Below, piece by piece: positions 22,330 through 37,065 of a stretch of DNA of 64,000 bases. Source of the DNA: Eledone cirrhosa (taxonomy: Eukaryota); the NCBI GenBank assembly GCA_964016885.1, contig OZ024743.1, positions 324,446,001 through 324,510,000 on the forward strand, written 5' to 3'. Positions within the stretch are counted from its first letter, which is position 1. Each line of letters opens with the position of its first letter. The notes beneath the pieces were generated by a model. That model worked only from the letters and a program-made list of their open reading frames with translations. It made no database searches and was not told where the DNA came from. The position numbers and the translations under genes were made by a program.

Positions 22330-22617
22330 GTCGAAAGTCTGTCTTAATCCATTTAAGGCTCGTTAGGCCGGCGCTTATCCCGGTTTTATGGCGTGAAGCG
22401 ACTGAGAGTACAAGACTTCTCCACTGGGCAGGACGCCAGTCCATCGCAGGGTTAAGTCCCCAGTTATTGTTGGTACTCATTTTCTGGTTGGTATATTGGA
22501 GCAACGTAAAATGAAGTGTTTTGATCAAGAACACAACACGCAACCCAGCCCAGGAATCGAACACACGACATTATGATAATAAGTCTAACACCCTTACCAC
22601 TAGACCACACGCCTCCA
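22330..22617 (-). mobile_element. tRNA-derived SINE, family B (V-SINE-like central domain)
   Basis: tRNA head plus CCTGCGATGGACTGGCGTCC and AAACCGGGATAAGC blocks; plus-strand copy at 58691-58977, partial copies at 42577-42697 and ~31120-31310. Confidence 0.75.
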
Positions 22618-23572
22618 TATTCATATAATATTACTGGTACTTAATGTTAGGGAATTTACAAACCAAGCTAATTCTTTTCTTCATTCTGTCCTACTCAACG
22701 CAGCTTACTATTGTAAGCAGTTAAAGTAGTCTGTAACTGAAGAGTATTTCATTAGTATACACTATCCTGTTCATATTTCTCTCTTTACTTTTGGAGAAGG
22801 ATGAACTTCACTAGATTGACATACCATATTGATGGATACTTCATCGGTTTTGACAAATACCGTTCAGCTTCCCTATCAGTGTTGGACATTTACAATTTAT
22901 GTACAAATGGCTGAGTATTCCAAAGACACATGTACCCTTAACATAATAAGAAATACCTGTGCGTAGTAGAATCCAGTGATTATATATGAATGACGGTGTT
23001 TTCCGAGAACGATTGGCCACATCAACGAAGAAATGTCTGCAAGTTCCTTTCACTTTATTACTTTCAATTTTTTTTGGCAGCGTAAAACAAGATGCAACTT
23101 AGATATTTAATAAAATAAGCATATAATGTTTAATTTATTTTGATATTAATATTGATATTTTTCTTTTAAAAAAATATTTAAAAATAAAGGTGCATCTCGG
23201 ATATATGGTAACTCTTACAAATTATTTTGTGCAGCTCTTCTCTATACTTCGGTTTGAAAATTATGAGTAACGTTATTCTGGAGTAACGTTACTCGATAGA
23301 ATGCGTAGCTCGGAGATCAGGTAGAGTCGCTATTTCCTCGAACTGAGAGACCACGGATATGGGCATGTGTTTAGAATGTCTAAAGAAAGAATCGCTGGAC
23401 AGGTTTTACGAGTAAAACCAGCCCGCAAAGACTCGATTAAGATGGTTGGATAACATTCATAAGCTCGGTTGGTCTCGCTTGGGGATCCAGCCGGATAAAT
23501 TGGAGACAGTTGTTTCTGATAGGACCTGCTGTAGTGCGTGCTAGAGGACTCTGCCTACATGACCCTCTCAGG

Positions 23573-23724
23573 AAGAAGAAGAAGAAGAAGAAGAAGAAGA
23601 AGAAGAAGAAGAAGAAGAAGAAGAAGAAGAAGAAGAAGAAGAAGAAGAAGAAGAAGAAGAAGAAGAAGAAGAAGAAGAAGAAGAAGAAGAAGAAGAAGAA
23701 GAAGAAGAAGAAGAAGAAGAAGAA
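23573..23724 (+). repeat. (GAA)n triplet tract (~50 units)
   Basis: Direct reading. Confidence 0.95.
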
Positions 23725-24234
23725 AAGTACTAGACTGCTACTAATTTTGTAGCCCTCAAAACAGCAAAAGACAATCTAAGTGGGATTAGACAACAGAAGT
23801 TAAAGGGAAATAACTAAACAGGGCAAGTAATTTTATACAAATTTCTACTGATTGTCCCATTCCACTGTCAGTGTGGATAACGTTTAAACAGTAACAATAA
23901 ATGACAATGAAGTATCAAAATTAAAGACAGTTATCTCCCTTACATCCATACCTGGTATGGTATGGTTCCGTAACTCCTAATGGAATCGTAGGGACGCCTC
24001 CATCAGGAGTTACGTGAAAATCAAATACAATAGCGTTTGACATATATAATAGTGTCGAACACATTTATCAACGGAGATGATCCATCAAATCCGTTGGCAA
24101 AAACTTTCAATAGTCGGTTTTGTGTGGCGTCAGCCAAAAAGTGTGAGATGCTGAAAAGTTCCTGCCTTTGGGTAAAAGAAAATACAGGAGGATTAGTTAA
24201 TTATGATTTTATTCAACAGATTCCTCTCGTTATT

Positions 24235-24350
24235 CCACACTTATTGCAGCGGTCTTTCAGTTTTTTTAAGCCCTGTAAAAAGAAGACGGAATGTTGGGCC
24301 TCCAATCAGGCCTCTATAGCGGCGGCCAAGTCAGAAACGTTTCAGCACTC
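24235..24350 (-). pseudogene. Mariner transposase C-terminal scrap
   Basis: Minus translation SDLAAAIEA*LEAQHSVFFLQGLKKLKDRCNKC resembles the mariner C-terminus. Confidence 0.45.
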
Positions 24351-24601
24351 ATTAATGTAAACGCATAAACGAAATGAGGTAATAATGTTTCTTATATTTT
24401 TTATTAACTCTGATGATTCCAATCATTGGATTATATAATTAACTAACAAATAATTAATTATATATCCTGTGAGATGGAAGAAACATGCGTGAATTAAAAT
24501 ATGATATAACTAACAGAATTTTGTCTTATTTTCAATGTTATATATATATATATGTATGTATATGTTTATCCCGGATTCAATCGGGGGTAACCACAATAAG
24601 T

Positions 24602-24653
24602 GGCTTTCCTGATGATTTCTTCGGAATGAAACAGTTCTAGTCCCGTAGAAGCC
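24602..24653 (+). ncRNA. Type-I hammerhead ribozyme motif
   Basis: ggctttc-CTGATGA-tttc(TTCG)gaat-GAAA-cag..ccG-TA-gaagcc; C(UUCG)G loop on stem II; same family as 47206-47258. Confidence 0.65.
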
Positions 24654-24733
<80 letters not shown>

Positions 24734-24917
24734 CTACCAAAATGTACGGTAGTATCCAATCCGTATGAAGAACTCAATGTAATCCGAATATCATGAAAAG
24801 AGAAGATGTATTCAAACATTTTTTTCGATGAAAAATACAGGAAAACAGAGTCAAGATAAATTAATAAAAATAATGAATAAAAACAAAGAAACAGTTCCTT
24901 ATATTAAAAAATTCATC

Positions 24918-25045
24918 ATTTTACGATCGTTTCTAGGATATATATGTTAGTGTTGCTATGTATATCATATAGATCTATGTAAAATTTTTACAAACTATCA
25001 GAGGGAATATACATACCTACACATATATATGCTGTCTTCAGAAAT
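24918..25045 (-). ncRNA. Hammerhead motif in Penelope 3' pseudo-LTR, enlarged stem II
   Basis: attt-CTGAAGA-(~95 nt)-GAAA-CGATCG-TA-aaat; stem III palindrome ACGATCGT. Confidence 0.55.
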
Positions 25046-26008
25046 AATGATATTTGTTTATTGAAAAAAACCCAACAAAGATTTAATATAATAGGTCTGT
25101 TTGGGAACAGGTTTTGAATTGACCAATAGAAAGGTAGTGAAAGGTCAAGATGGTAAAATAGTAGTAATAGAACTTTAATTTAGGAGTAGAGGAAGGTAGA
25201 TTTCAGTTTTGGATGGAAAGATTATGATGAATGAAAGATTATTTTAGGGATGAAAATAGGTCATATGCCCTCTTCAGAAATAATTATATTTGTTTATTGA
25301 AAAAAACCAACAAAGATTTAATATAATAGCTCTGTTTGGGAACAGGTTTTTAATTGACCAATAGAAAGGTAGTAACTGGTTAAAATTGTAAAATAGTAGT
25401 AATAGAACTTTAATTTAGGGGTAGAAGAAGGCAAATTTCAGTTTTGAATGGAGAGAGTATGATGAATGAAAAGATTATTTTAGGGATGAAAATAGGTCAG
25501 GTCGGTAAAAGGTACACGAAAAATTGCTGTTATAAAAGAATAATGCTAATGTAAATATCTAAGGAGAATAAAATTTTACGATAAATGTGTTAGTGAAAAA
25601 TATCAAACTTATTTAAAATATATGGAATTTACATCTATAAAAAGAAAATAAATTAATTATATTGATAAAATTATATTAATGCATATAGATATGATAAATA
25701 AGAGTTAGATGTAATTGAAGGGTGCTGTTAAAAACGAAGGGAAAATAAAAAATAATAATAATTATTATTGGGGGTGGGATTAAATTTATTAGTGAGAAAT
25801 AACAAATATATATAGATTATAAGGAATATAGAATCATAACCTGAAATTAAATTAGTTTATATGTATACTTAATGGTATAAATTTTAGGAAATGATAGTTG
25901 TAAAAGGGAAATAAAAATTATGTAGTTCATTAGTAGTAGAATATTAATTATAGGTTAACTAATTTTAAAAAAATGTTATTATAATAATTTGTAAAATATA
26001 AGTGTATA

Positions 26009-26890
26009 TTAATTAGGTTTATAATATTTAAAAGTTTTTCTCAGTTTATGATTACACGATATACTTAATTCCTGTCGCTTATTTAATAGGATATCCTTAG
26101 ATTTCATTATTTCAAAAAGTTCCTGGGAACATAATCTACATTCATATCTATTATTTTGATAAGGGGTGGCCCTTTTGAGCACACTCCAGGTCAGGTCATA
26201 ATCTATATTCCTCTTTCTATAATTATTAATTATTTCAGCTAAAGATGTTGTATTAGCTAATGCGGCATTTTTAAAACTGTGTTTGTGGGTATTAAATCTT
26301 ACTTTAAATTGGTTAGAAGTAGCTCCTATATATGAATAAATTGAGTCCTTAGTGTTAACTTTACATTTATATACTATGTTATTAATAAGGCAATTTCCTT
26401 TTAATGGGCAATTTGCTTTGTTTCTACAGTTACAACCTTTCGTGAATGCTGTATCAGACGAGATAGTCAAATTAGGTGTGGAATTTTCACGATTTGTTGT
26501 ATGTGAATGAGATGGTGGTTTGCTGTGATTTATTTTAGTATTATGGTTAGTTTGATGTATTGGTGGTATATTTATGGTATTTTTACATTTATATGCATTA
26601 TAGGCACTTATATTTTGTTTTATGTTTTTGGTTGTTGAGTAGGAGAATTTAACCGTTGATCTATTTAAAATTTGATGGTATTTGTGGTTTGGCGGGAAGT
26701 TTTTCTCTAGGATAGTAAAACATTTTTTAGGTATATTATCCTTAATTTGTAAATTAAATGGAGCATTATACCAAGTAACTCGTCTATTACGGTTTCGATG
26801 TTGTTTATTATTTTTATAGGTTGTATCCTGATGTTTATTAAGAGAATTATTGTTAATGATTTTATTACACATATTTTTAGTTAGATTCAT
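26009..26890 (-). CDS. Penelope-like C-terminal linker + GIY-YIG endonuclease (293 aa)
   Basis: VTWYNAPF, STVKFSYS, CNCRNKANCPLKGNC (CxCx5Cx5C), IVYKC..YIGAT, FKVRFNTHKHSF, CRLCSQE, LLNKRQEL..CNH. Confidence 0.88.
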   Translation of the reverse strand: MNLTKNMCNKIINNNSLNKHQDTTYKNNKQHRNRNRRVTWYNAPFNLQIKDNIPKKCFTILEKNFPPNHKYHQILNRSTVKFSYSTTKNIKQNISAYNAYKCKNTINIPPIHQTNHNTKINHSKPPSHSHTTNRENSTPNLTISSDTAFTKGCNCRNKANCPLKGNCLINNIVYKCKVNTKDSIYSYIGATSNQFKVRFNTHKHSFKNAALANTTSLAEIINNYRKRNIDYDLTWSVLKRATPYQNNRYECRLCSQELFEIMKSKDILLNKRQELSISCNHKLRKTFKYYKPN

Positions 26891-27045
26891 TGATTTAGGT
26901 GTTTTAGCTTGTTCATTAGGAATTTTATTAATAACATAGATTGAACTACTCCAATCTATATATCACGATACATTAACGGAGCCATAGACTCTCGCCGTTC
27001 CCTGTAAATAATGTGCTCAAAGGAGAAGGAATCCCGAACCCTTTA

Positions 27046-27589
27046 TAATACAATATGTAGAAAAGACAACACACCAGAGAGAGAGAGAGAGAGAGAGATA
27101 GTGCGTTATCAGTCAAACAGGGAAAAACCACCAGTGTATGGAATCTATAGCCCATGGAAGGCAAAGTAGACACACAATAATTAAAAGTATAAATCACAGT
27201 GCAAATACGTACCTTGATAACTATCTAACACACGTAAACATCCGAAAGGATCTGTTTCACCAACTATGTGAATTCTCTCTCCCACGTGTGGCTGGACGGT
27301 CGCTCTAGATTCTTTTAGTGTTGTCTGAAATGTATAGCCTTACCCACACCGATGAACCATAGGCTAACCATTTCTGTCAACAAATTAGTTGGTGAAACAG
27401 ACCCTTTCGGATGTGTACGTGTGTTAGATAGTTATCAAGGTACGTATTTGCACTGTGATTTATACTTTTAATTATTGTGTGTCTACTTTGCCTTCCATGG
27501 GCTATAGATTCCATTCACTGGTGGTTTTTCCCTGTTTGACTGATAACGCACTATCTCTCTCTCTGGTGTGTTATCTTTTCTACATATTG

Positions 27590-27593
<4 letters not shown>
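27046..27593. repeat. ~210-bp inverted repeats with ~125-bp spacer
   Basis: 27046-~27264 is the reverse complement of ~27388-27593 (mirrored ORFs in the track); the spacer holds a CCGATGA-acca..tggt-GAAA hammerhead-like core. Confidence 0.8.
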
Positions 27594-27665
<72 letters not shown>

Positions 27666-27972
27666 TTGCTCACATTTCAACCAGGTTTGATGGTCTTTAT
27701 TCTCTCGTTCACGATTTCACCGAACTTAAATTCATAGAAATCTGGGACTTGTCTCCTTCTTCCTCACTTTCTGTTGCTTCACCATTTTGTTTGTTTACCC
27801 TCGCGTCCCCTTTATTTACGTGTCCCAACGACTTTTTTTTAGCCGTTGCTCGCACCAACCGGAGGTATATGGTCTTTAAAGCGATGAAATGCCTATGATA
27901 GTTGGAAGATCACTGATGAAGGAGAAACTTTTTTCATATGTAACCCATTTGCAACTCCGCAGCGCCCTTATT

Positions 27973-28001
<29 letters not shown>

Positions 28002-28007
<6 letters not shown>

Positions 28008-28348
28008 GATATTAACAAATGGAAACTATATTTATAAAACCATATTTATTTTATTATACATATTTCAAGGATACCATGTTAAATTATGGTATGCCTTCAT
28101 CAGACAAAATACAATATATACCAGTTTTATAAATAAACATTGACGTACCCTTTCAAAATGCAACCGTTACTTTTGGAAGACATCAGTTGCATTTTGAAAG
28201 GGTACGTCAATGTTTATTTATAAAACTGGTATATATTGTATTTTGTCTGATGAAGGCATACCATAATTTAACATGGTATCCTTGAAATATGTATAATAAA
28301 ATAAATATGGTTTTATAAATATAGTTTCCATTTGTTAATATCGTATAT
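28002..28348. repeat. Near-perfect palindrome (163-bp arms, 21-nt spacer), one hammerhead per arm
   Basis: Arms 28002-28164 and 28186-28348 are reverse complements. Confidence 0.9.
28239..28303 (+). ncRNA. Type-I hammerhead ribozyme motif
   Basis: tattttgt-CTGATGA-aggcataccat..atggtatcctt-GAAA-tatgtATA-ataaaata; 8-bp stem I, ~10-bp stem II; mirror copy on the minus strand ~28047-28111. Confidence 0.7.
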
Positions 28349-28430
28349 TTACTCCAAATACTTGTCGAGTGCTTTATATCAGTTATAAAAATATTTGCTT
28401 GTTGTATCCCAACAATTTAAATAGAACTTT

Positions 28431-28553
<123 letters not shown>

Positions 28554-28879
28554 TATTTATATATATGAAATGAAGTTGTTCCCATGTAAATGACTATAAA
28601 TAATAGTTGAGAAAATCGGGTAAAATACCCCATGGAGACGGAAAAAAGTGTCAGGCACTATATTTTCCCGTCGATTAACCATGCACTTACAGCAAGCAGC
28701 ATTCGCACCACATTTCCATACTGTAGCTGAAAAAAAAAAGAAGAAAGAAAATGATAGGATTACATTAGTCGATAAAACCCCAATTCTATACTGAATTTCC
28801 CACAAGGAGAACAAGTAGGGCGGTTCTAATAATATCAGAATATAAACCAAGAAATTAAAACACAAATAGAGTATACGTG

Positions 28880-29102
28880 GGACGGTGGATTGGCAGTATC
28901 GGTAAAGCGTCAGATACCATGCTTTGCAGCATAGAGTTATGGCCCTTTACGCTCTGAGTTCAAATACCGCCGAGGTTAGCTTTGCCTTTCATCCTTACGG
29001 GATCGATAAAATAAAGCACCAGTAATTCACTGGGGTCGATTTAATCGACTTGCCCTGCCCCTGTAAATTGCTGGCCTTGTGCCTAAAGTAGAAACAATTA
29101 TA
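28880..29102 (+). mobile_element. SINE family A copy
   Basis: A/B boxes, core and tail. Confidence 0.85.
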
Positions 29103-29439
29103 ATATCTGACATGTTTCAACTGCTAAGAAATTTTAAACCAGATGTATATAATCTCCCACGATACTTTCCGATCACTGCTAAGTACGTGACCAATACACT
29201 ATTTGTATGATCATTCTTATTCTGAAGATAGAGCCTTGAAAGCTTTGAAAGATTAATATACACGTGGATTTAGGATCACTACTCTTCTAAACTGAACATA
29301 AAACATAAAAAATATTTAATAAAAATGATCAAACTCAAGCATCGTCCTGTTTTCAATATAATATGTTTGAAAGAAAAGCTGTTCCTTCTCTACCTATGCA
29401 AATACATATATACGTACATATATGCACATACATACATAC

Positions 29440-29987
29440 ATACATGGTGGCTGCCAACTCGTTTTCGAGTACGGCCACTACTTTATATCCATGTAGGAGA
29501 ACCCCTACCGATACGCTGAACGTGTGTGACTTTTTAGTCCAGCCAGCGACTTGAAAACTCTGGTACAAACACTGCACTTGTGACAATTATTGACACATAG
29601 TGCTAGGCCCATGGTACCATGTGACGACAAGTGCAGAGAGATCTCCAGATATAAAGCAATGCCTGTGCCGTGAAGCTTTTATAGTCAACAAAGGCACTGC
29701 ACTAAGCCAGTCCCACTCTCTTAACCAAGATGATATTTACCAAAAAGAAGAACAAGTCAACATCATTGGATACCATCAGGGCTGCAGAGCTTTCCTTCTC
29801 CCAGAATTCTGCCTTGACAAAGGCTAAGGGGTCATCTCTCCCGGTGATTTTGGATGGCCATTGACTCTTAAGAGCTCCTTTGCCCTTTGACAGGTTTTAT
29901 TTTTAGTCCTGCAGGATGTCCAAAATCACCCTCCTCACCAAGAAACCTTGGTGGGGTTGCTAGTTTAGTCGCCAACGACCCGACCAT
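29440..29987 (-). mobile_element. Non-coding interspersed repeat embedded in (CATA)n (SINE- or LINE-UTR-like)
   Basis: Shares long blocks (GCAATGCCTGTG, CCAATCCCACTCTC, TCACCCTCCTCACCAAG..GACCCGACCAT) with ~33975-34345 and ~34375-34860; copies start in CATACATACATG. Confidence 0.6.
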
Positions 29988-31588
29988 ACATACATACATA
30001 CATACATACATGCATACATACATACATACATACATGCATGCATACATACATACATACATACATACATGCATACATACATACATACATGCATGCACGCATA
30101 CATACATACACACACACACACACACATATATATACATACATACATACATACATACATACATACATACATAATTACATACATGCGTGCATACATACATACA
30201 CACATACATACATGCATACATGCGTGCATGCATATATACATATATACATACATAACATACGTAACATACATATATACATACACACACACACACATACACA
30301 TACACGCATACACAACATAATAAAGGGAGGGTAATGACGTTGATTGTGACTATTCACAACATGGCTGATGAGGAATACTTCAAGTGTGTGTTGGGCACAT
30401 TAAATACAGACAGTAGAATGTCACAGATGTAATATAGTGTGTAAGAAAAGTTCGTAACCCTGAAAGTATCCGAAACAATCGTGAGATGTGTCGTATGTAA
30501 ATTTCAGAAAGCAAGACTTAGGGGAGATAACTTCTGTAATATCGGCTGTCTGAACATTTATAGAGGTTACTCTCGGGTTCTAAATTATAGGGGTTTTGAA
30601 TAAGCAGTAGGGTGGGACGTCGGTCGGTCAGTTTTCTAGATTGTCTCTGTTGATTGAAAAACAAAAACAGAATTAGTCGTTTAGTTTATATATTGAGACC
30701 CCAATCCATCCTATTTATTTTATATGGGATTTCTAGTAATGTACTTTTTGTTGTTGTGTGTAATGTTTTTTTAACGTATATAGAAAATTAATTGTCGCAG
30801 GAATGCTACCACTTAAAATAAAATTTCGCCGGAGATAGATTAGCGAAAGTTATTAAGTGGGAGCGGGGAGCGGCGATTATTCGAGACACGATATATCAAA
30901 ATATATCTGTTGCTTTTATCCTCTAACTTTCAAGAGCAGATCCTCTCCAATCTGCATTGGATGTATTGTCGAATATCATTAATATTCTGACCGCATTAGA
31001 CATATCTCCCTTGCTTCTTTTTATGAAATATCAACACCTCTTAGAGGGTGATTATGTCTTCTAACGGCTTCAATACTCTCAGTTAATCAGTGACTTTCCT
31101 GAGGCATTTTCCCTTAGTCATATTGCGTCGCTTTGCGGTTTGATTGTTGAGCTCACGATCGTAAAGTCGTGAGTTCGATACCCAGAGTGGACAGTGGGTT
31201 GTGTCTTTTAGTTCGATATGTTATTGCTGAAGTCCACTCAGATGAAACAAACAAACAAACAGAAAACAGCATTAGCTAGGAGACAACTCTTCCATCGACT
31301 GGTGTCCCAACGGTCAAGATTAAACCGCTTCGATGACTGAATGGAATTTCCATCCAGTCATCAAAATGGTTTAAGCTTAGTTCTCTGTGGTTCCATTAGG
31401 CTACGATGATTCAAAACATCGTTCAGGGTCAAATATCACATATATGATATCAAATAAAGAGGTGATTGGAGAAAAAGAAATTGATAAATGAAATATAAAG
31501 GTTTCGATATGTATACTACATTCGTCAAAGAGGAAGAAATAGTAAAGGGAGAACGCCACGTCGTACTCATGCTATAAGCATCTATGTG

Positions 31589-33143
<1,555 letters not shown>

Positions 33144-34859
33144 TATGGTATATACACACACACACATATATATATATAGCAGTAATTTGAACTTTTCTAC
33201 TCATGTTGGCGAAGCAGATCAAAGTTGCCACACATGCTGACCTCTTGGCATCGATGCTCATTTTCCTTTGTTTTCAAGATTTGGCGCAACCCAGTCTCGT
33301 GAAAGCCTCCAACTGGAGTTCATCTAAGATAACCAGCTTCTTCATCTCATTCTGTTCACGTCTCTCAAAGGTGACACTCCACATTCAGTTTTTCCATGCA
33401 AGCAGGGCGATGTAGTCATTAACAAGACATTACGGCCCTATCGACAAGTTTTATTCCCATTGGCACTTTAACGAAGGTTAGTCCACATAAAACAGTGTAT
33501 ATCATCTTTCGAACTCTCAGCACACACGCATACACAACAATACAGTCTTGTTTTTCTATTTTATCATCAATAGCCACGTAGCGTTCATGGTTTATTTGTT
33601 CATTCAGCGGCATTTCACATATCGCTTTATATGAGACAGGCCAGCCTTATACATAACCCCCATCAAACCAAACGTTTACTACTACACTGCCACACCGCAA
33701 TGAACGTAAACGCCTAAACCACCGAACAACGAACCAATATCAATTCTCAACACCAACACTATACCATCAAAATCCAAATCATAGCTACATCTATAAAAAC
33801 CCTTCACCCACTACATGTGCATACATATATAGCTTTTTGCATCGCAAAAATATGTCACATATCAAGCGATGCCTGTGTTTGAAGCTTTTTTAAGTAAGGA
33901 AAGGCTTTGCACAGAGCTAATCCCGCTCTCTGAACATCGAATGCATTTACCCAAAAAGAACTGGTCTACATACATACATGATGGCTGTCCCCTCATTATC
34001 GAGTATGGCCATTGCACGATATACCATTATTAATAATTATTAATTAATTCTATCGTGCAATGCCTGTGCATGAAGATATTTTTTAAAGTGAGCCAATCCC
34101 ACTCTCTGAGCGACTGTAGCTATAACCCGAAAAGAAGAAAAGATCAACATCATCGGTAACTAGTTGCCTTCTCCTAGAAGAATGCTCTGACAAAGGCTAG
34201 GGGTCCTTCACACCCAGTGGTTTAACCGCGCGATCAGGTTTCCAGCCCGACTATTTCTATGTTCCCGCGCATATACATACACATACATATGTACATGTGT
34301 ATATATATATTTACACATTTTTGGATGCCCGTTGACTCTTATGAGTTCTTCCGCCCTTAGTATACATATATACATACATGATGGCTGCAAAGTCTGCTCA
34401 GAGTACAGCAATTGCTTGGAGGATTATAGAGTTTGGTGCACTTTTAGGCTACGGACAGCCACAAAAACCTGTAACATATCCTGAACAAGCAATGCCTATG
34501 ATTTGAATGTTTTTTAAGTGGGGTAAGGCCTTGCACTCGACCAATCCCACTCTCTGGGCATCGAAAATACTACCCGAAAAGGTTTTCTTCCAGAATTTCC
34601 CTCTCCTAGAAAGGTGTTGTGACAGCAACTGGGGCCTTTCACTCCCAGGTGAAAAAAAAAAGTACTATTTGGATGGCTGTTGACTCTGCTGAGTTCCTCC
34701 GCCCTTTGCCGGGTCTTGTATTTCACCCTGCAGGGTGTCCAAATATCACCCTCCTCACCAAGCAAGCTTGGTGGGGTTGCCGGTTTAGTTGCTGACGACC
34801 CGACCATGAGACAGGTTGTTCTAGGTTACATGTTTACCAGTAGCACTCGAGAACAGCCT

Positions 34860-34935
<76 letters not shown>

Positions 34936-34990
34936 CATATATATATATATATGTGTACACACACACACACACATATATACATACATACCT

Positions 34991-35054
<64 letters not shown>

Positions 35055-35160
35055 TTCAAGTTATCAATAATGTAGTGATAATATATCGTCACGTTAGAGA
35101 TCAACAGCGTACGTGTAGGTTTGCTCAACGAGTATAAATTATATTCCGGGGAAAATGTAG

Positions 35161-37031
35161 AAAAGATGAATATAAAATGAAAGTGCTTTTATAAAGGAAT
35201 TTATTAGGTATTGACATATGTTTCTGTAACAGACGGAATACCTATGTATCGCTGCTTGCGTAATCATATAATGTTAGCAAGTATTCGATAGCAAATGTAT
35301 AATCAGTTGTCACTTCTTCAGAGATATTGGATAAATTGGAAAAAATCAGAAAAATTGAAGTATTTATATTAGTTTTAAGAAAGGAAGAAGAGAGGGGATA
35401 GTATATGACAGATGGCAATTCAATTTGCTAGTAAACAAGTATATAGAATGTTTCTAATGAGAATACAATGAGTATATGGCTTATTTTATCTAGATAAGAA
35501 TTTTTGGGAGTGCCTATTTTAATCTATACTTGACCAATTGAACAATGGACAGGGCTGGTCGTTTGGTGTAGTAGATATAAAGTGTCAATTAAGGAAGAGG
35601 GAGATTTTCACTGCTACTGTATAACAACAATGCTGGTAGCCTGCTGGTATATGCATTAGGGAATTGAATTAAGAAATCTCATTTTATCTATAGCAGTTTA
35701 TATTAAATGGTAAATAATAGAAGAGTTGATAGAATTAAGACTAATAGAGAATGTTAATATGTATTTTGACAATCAAACGGAGATGGAGACAGGTGTTCAA
35801 TCCTGGTAGCGTTTGTAATATGAAAATGTAGATTTCAAGCGATGGTTACAGTATAACGATCGCTCTATTCAGTTATTTAATAAAATATTTTTGGATTTCA
35901 TAATACAAAATAATTCCATATTACACAATTTACAAAATTCCTGTCCTTGGAATTATGCAGGGGCAGACACTATTATATCCCATTTTAGGTTAAATTGTTG
36001 GTTATTTTCGCGCAGCTGCCAAGCCTTGTCTGCGAGTGTTGTTACATAACGCTGGTTTTCATGTTTTATCGAGTAACGATGTCTATAAAGGCGAAATTTG
36101 AAGGAGGTAGCTGTAGACCCCACATAGTACCACTTCTGGCTACCCAATTCAATAGTACAACACTCGCAGACAAGGCTTGTCAGCTGCGCGAAAATAACCA
36201 ACAATTTAACCTAAAATGGGATATAATAGTGTCTGCCCCTGCATATTTCCAAGGACAGGAATTTTGTAAATTGTGTAATATGGAATTATTTTGTATTATG
36301 AAATCCAAAAATATTTTATTAAATAACTGAATAGAGCGATCGTTATACTGTAACCATCGCTTGAAATCTACATTTTCATATTACAAACGCTACCAGGATT
36401 GAACACCTGTCTCCATCTTCGTTTGATTGTCAAAATACATATTAACATTCTCTATTAGTCTTAATTCTATCAACTCTTCTATTATTTACCATTTAATATA
36501 AACTGCTATAGATAAAATGAGATTTCTTAATTCAATTCCCTAATGCATATACCAGCAGGCTACCAGCATTGTTGTTATACAGTAGCAGTGAAAATCTCCC
36601 TCTTCCTTAATTGACACTTTATATCTACTACACCAAACGACCAGCCCTGTCCATTGTTCAATTGGTCAAGTATAGATTAAAATAGGCACTCCCAAAAATT
36701 CTTATCTAGATAAAATAAGGCATATACTCATTGTATTCTCATTAGAAACCTTCTATATACTTGTTTACCAGCAAATTGAATTGCCATCTGTCATATACTA
36801 TACCCTCTCTTCTTCCTTTCTTACAACTAATATAAATACTTCAATTTTTCTGAATTTTTCCAATTTATCCAATATCTCTGAAGAAGTGACAACTGATTAT
36901 ACATTTGCTATCGAATACTTGCTAACATTATATGATTACGCAAACAGCGATACATAGGTATTCCGTCTGTTACAGAAACATATGTCAATACCTAATAAAT
37001 TCCTTTATAAAAGCACTTTCATTTTATATTC

Positions 37032-37038
<7 letters not shown>
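35161..37038. mobile_element. Penelope-like 3' fragment duplicated as a ~1.9-kb fold-back palindrome
   Basis: Arms 35161-36042 and 36157-37038 are ~99% reverse complements; GIY-YIG remnant (YYVGSTATSFKFRLYRHRYS; CKLCNMELFCI..LLN) at the centre; hammerhead-like motif near each outer end. Confidence 0.9.
36872..36992 (+). ncRNA. Hammerhead-like motif with long stem II insertion
   Basis: CTGAAGA-agtgaca..tgttaca-GAAA-CATATG-TC; stem III palindrome ACATATGT; stem I weak; mirror copy ~35205-35327. Confidence 0.5.

Positions 37039-37065
<27 letters not shown>

Larger units (their letters stand above)
24740..26960 (-). mobile_element. 5'-truncated Penelope-like element with partial tandem pLTR
   Basis: GIY-YIG ORF followed by AT-rich 3' region, ~230-bp direct repeat (25035-25263 / 25271-25499) and hammerhead on the same strand. 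Confidence 0.8.

Noticed and set aside
33180-33520. Possible Helitron N-terminal remnant (NLSIGP*..ALLAWKN)
   Set aside because: Similarity too weak to support without a search.
34770-34860. HDV-like ribozyme at the 5' end of the (CATA)n-associated repeat
   Set aside because: Only a P3/L3-like ACC-TGTCTCAT-GGT is evident; P1 and P2 could not be assembled by eye.
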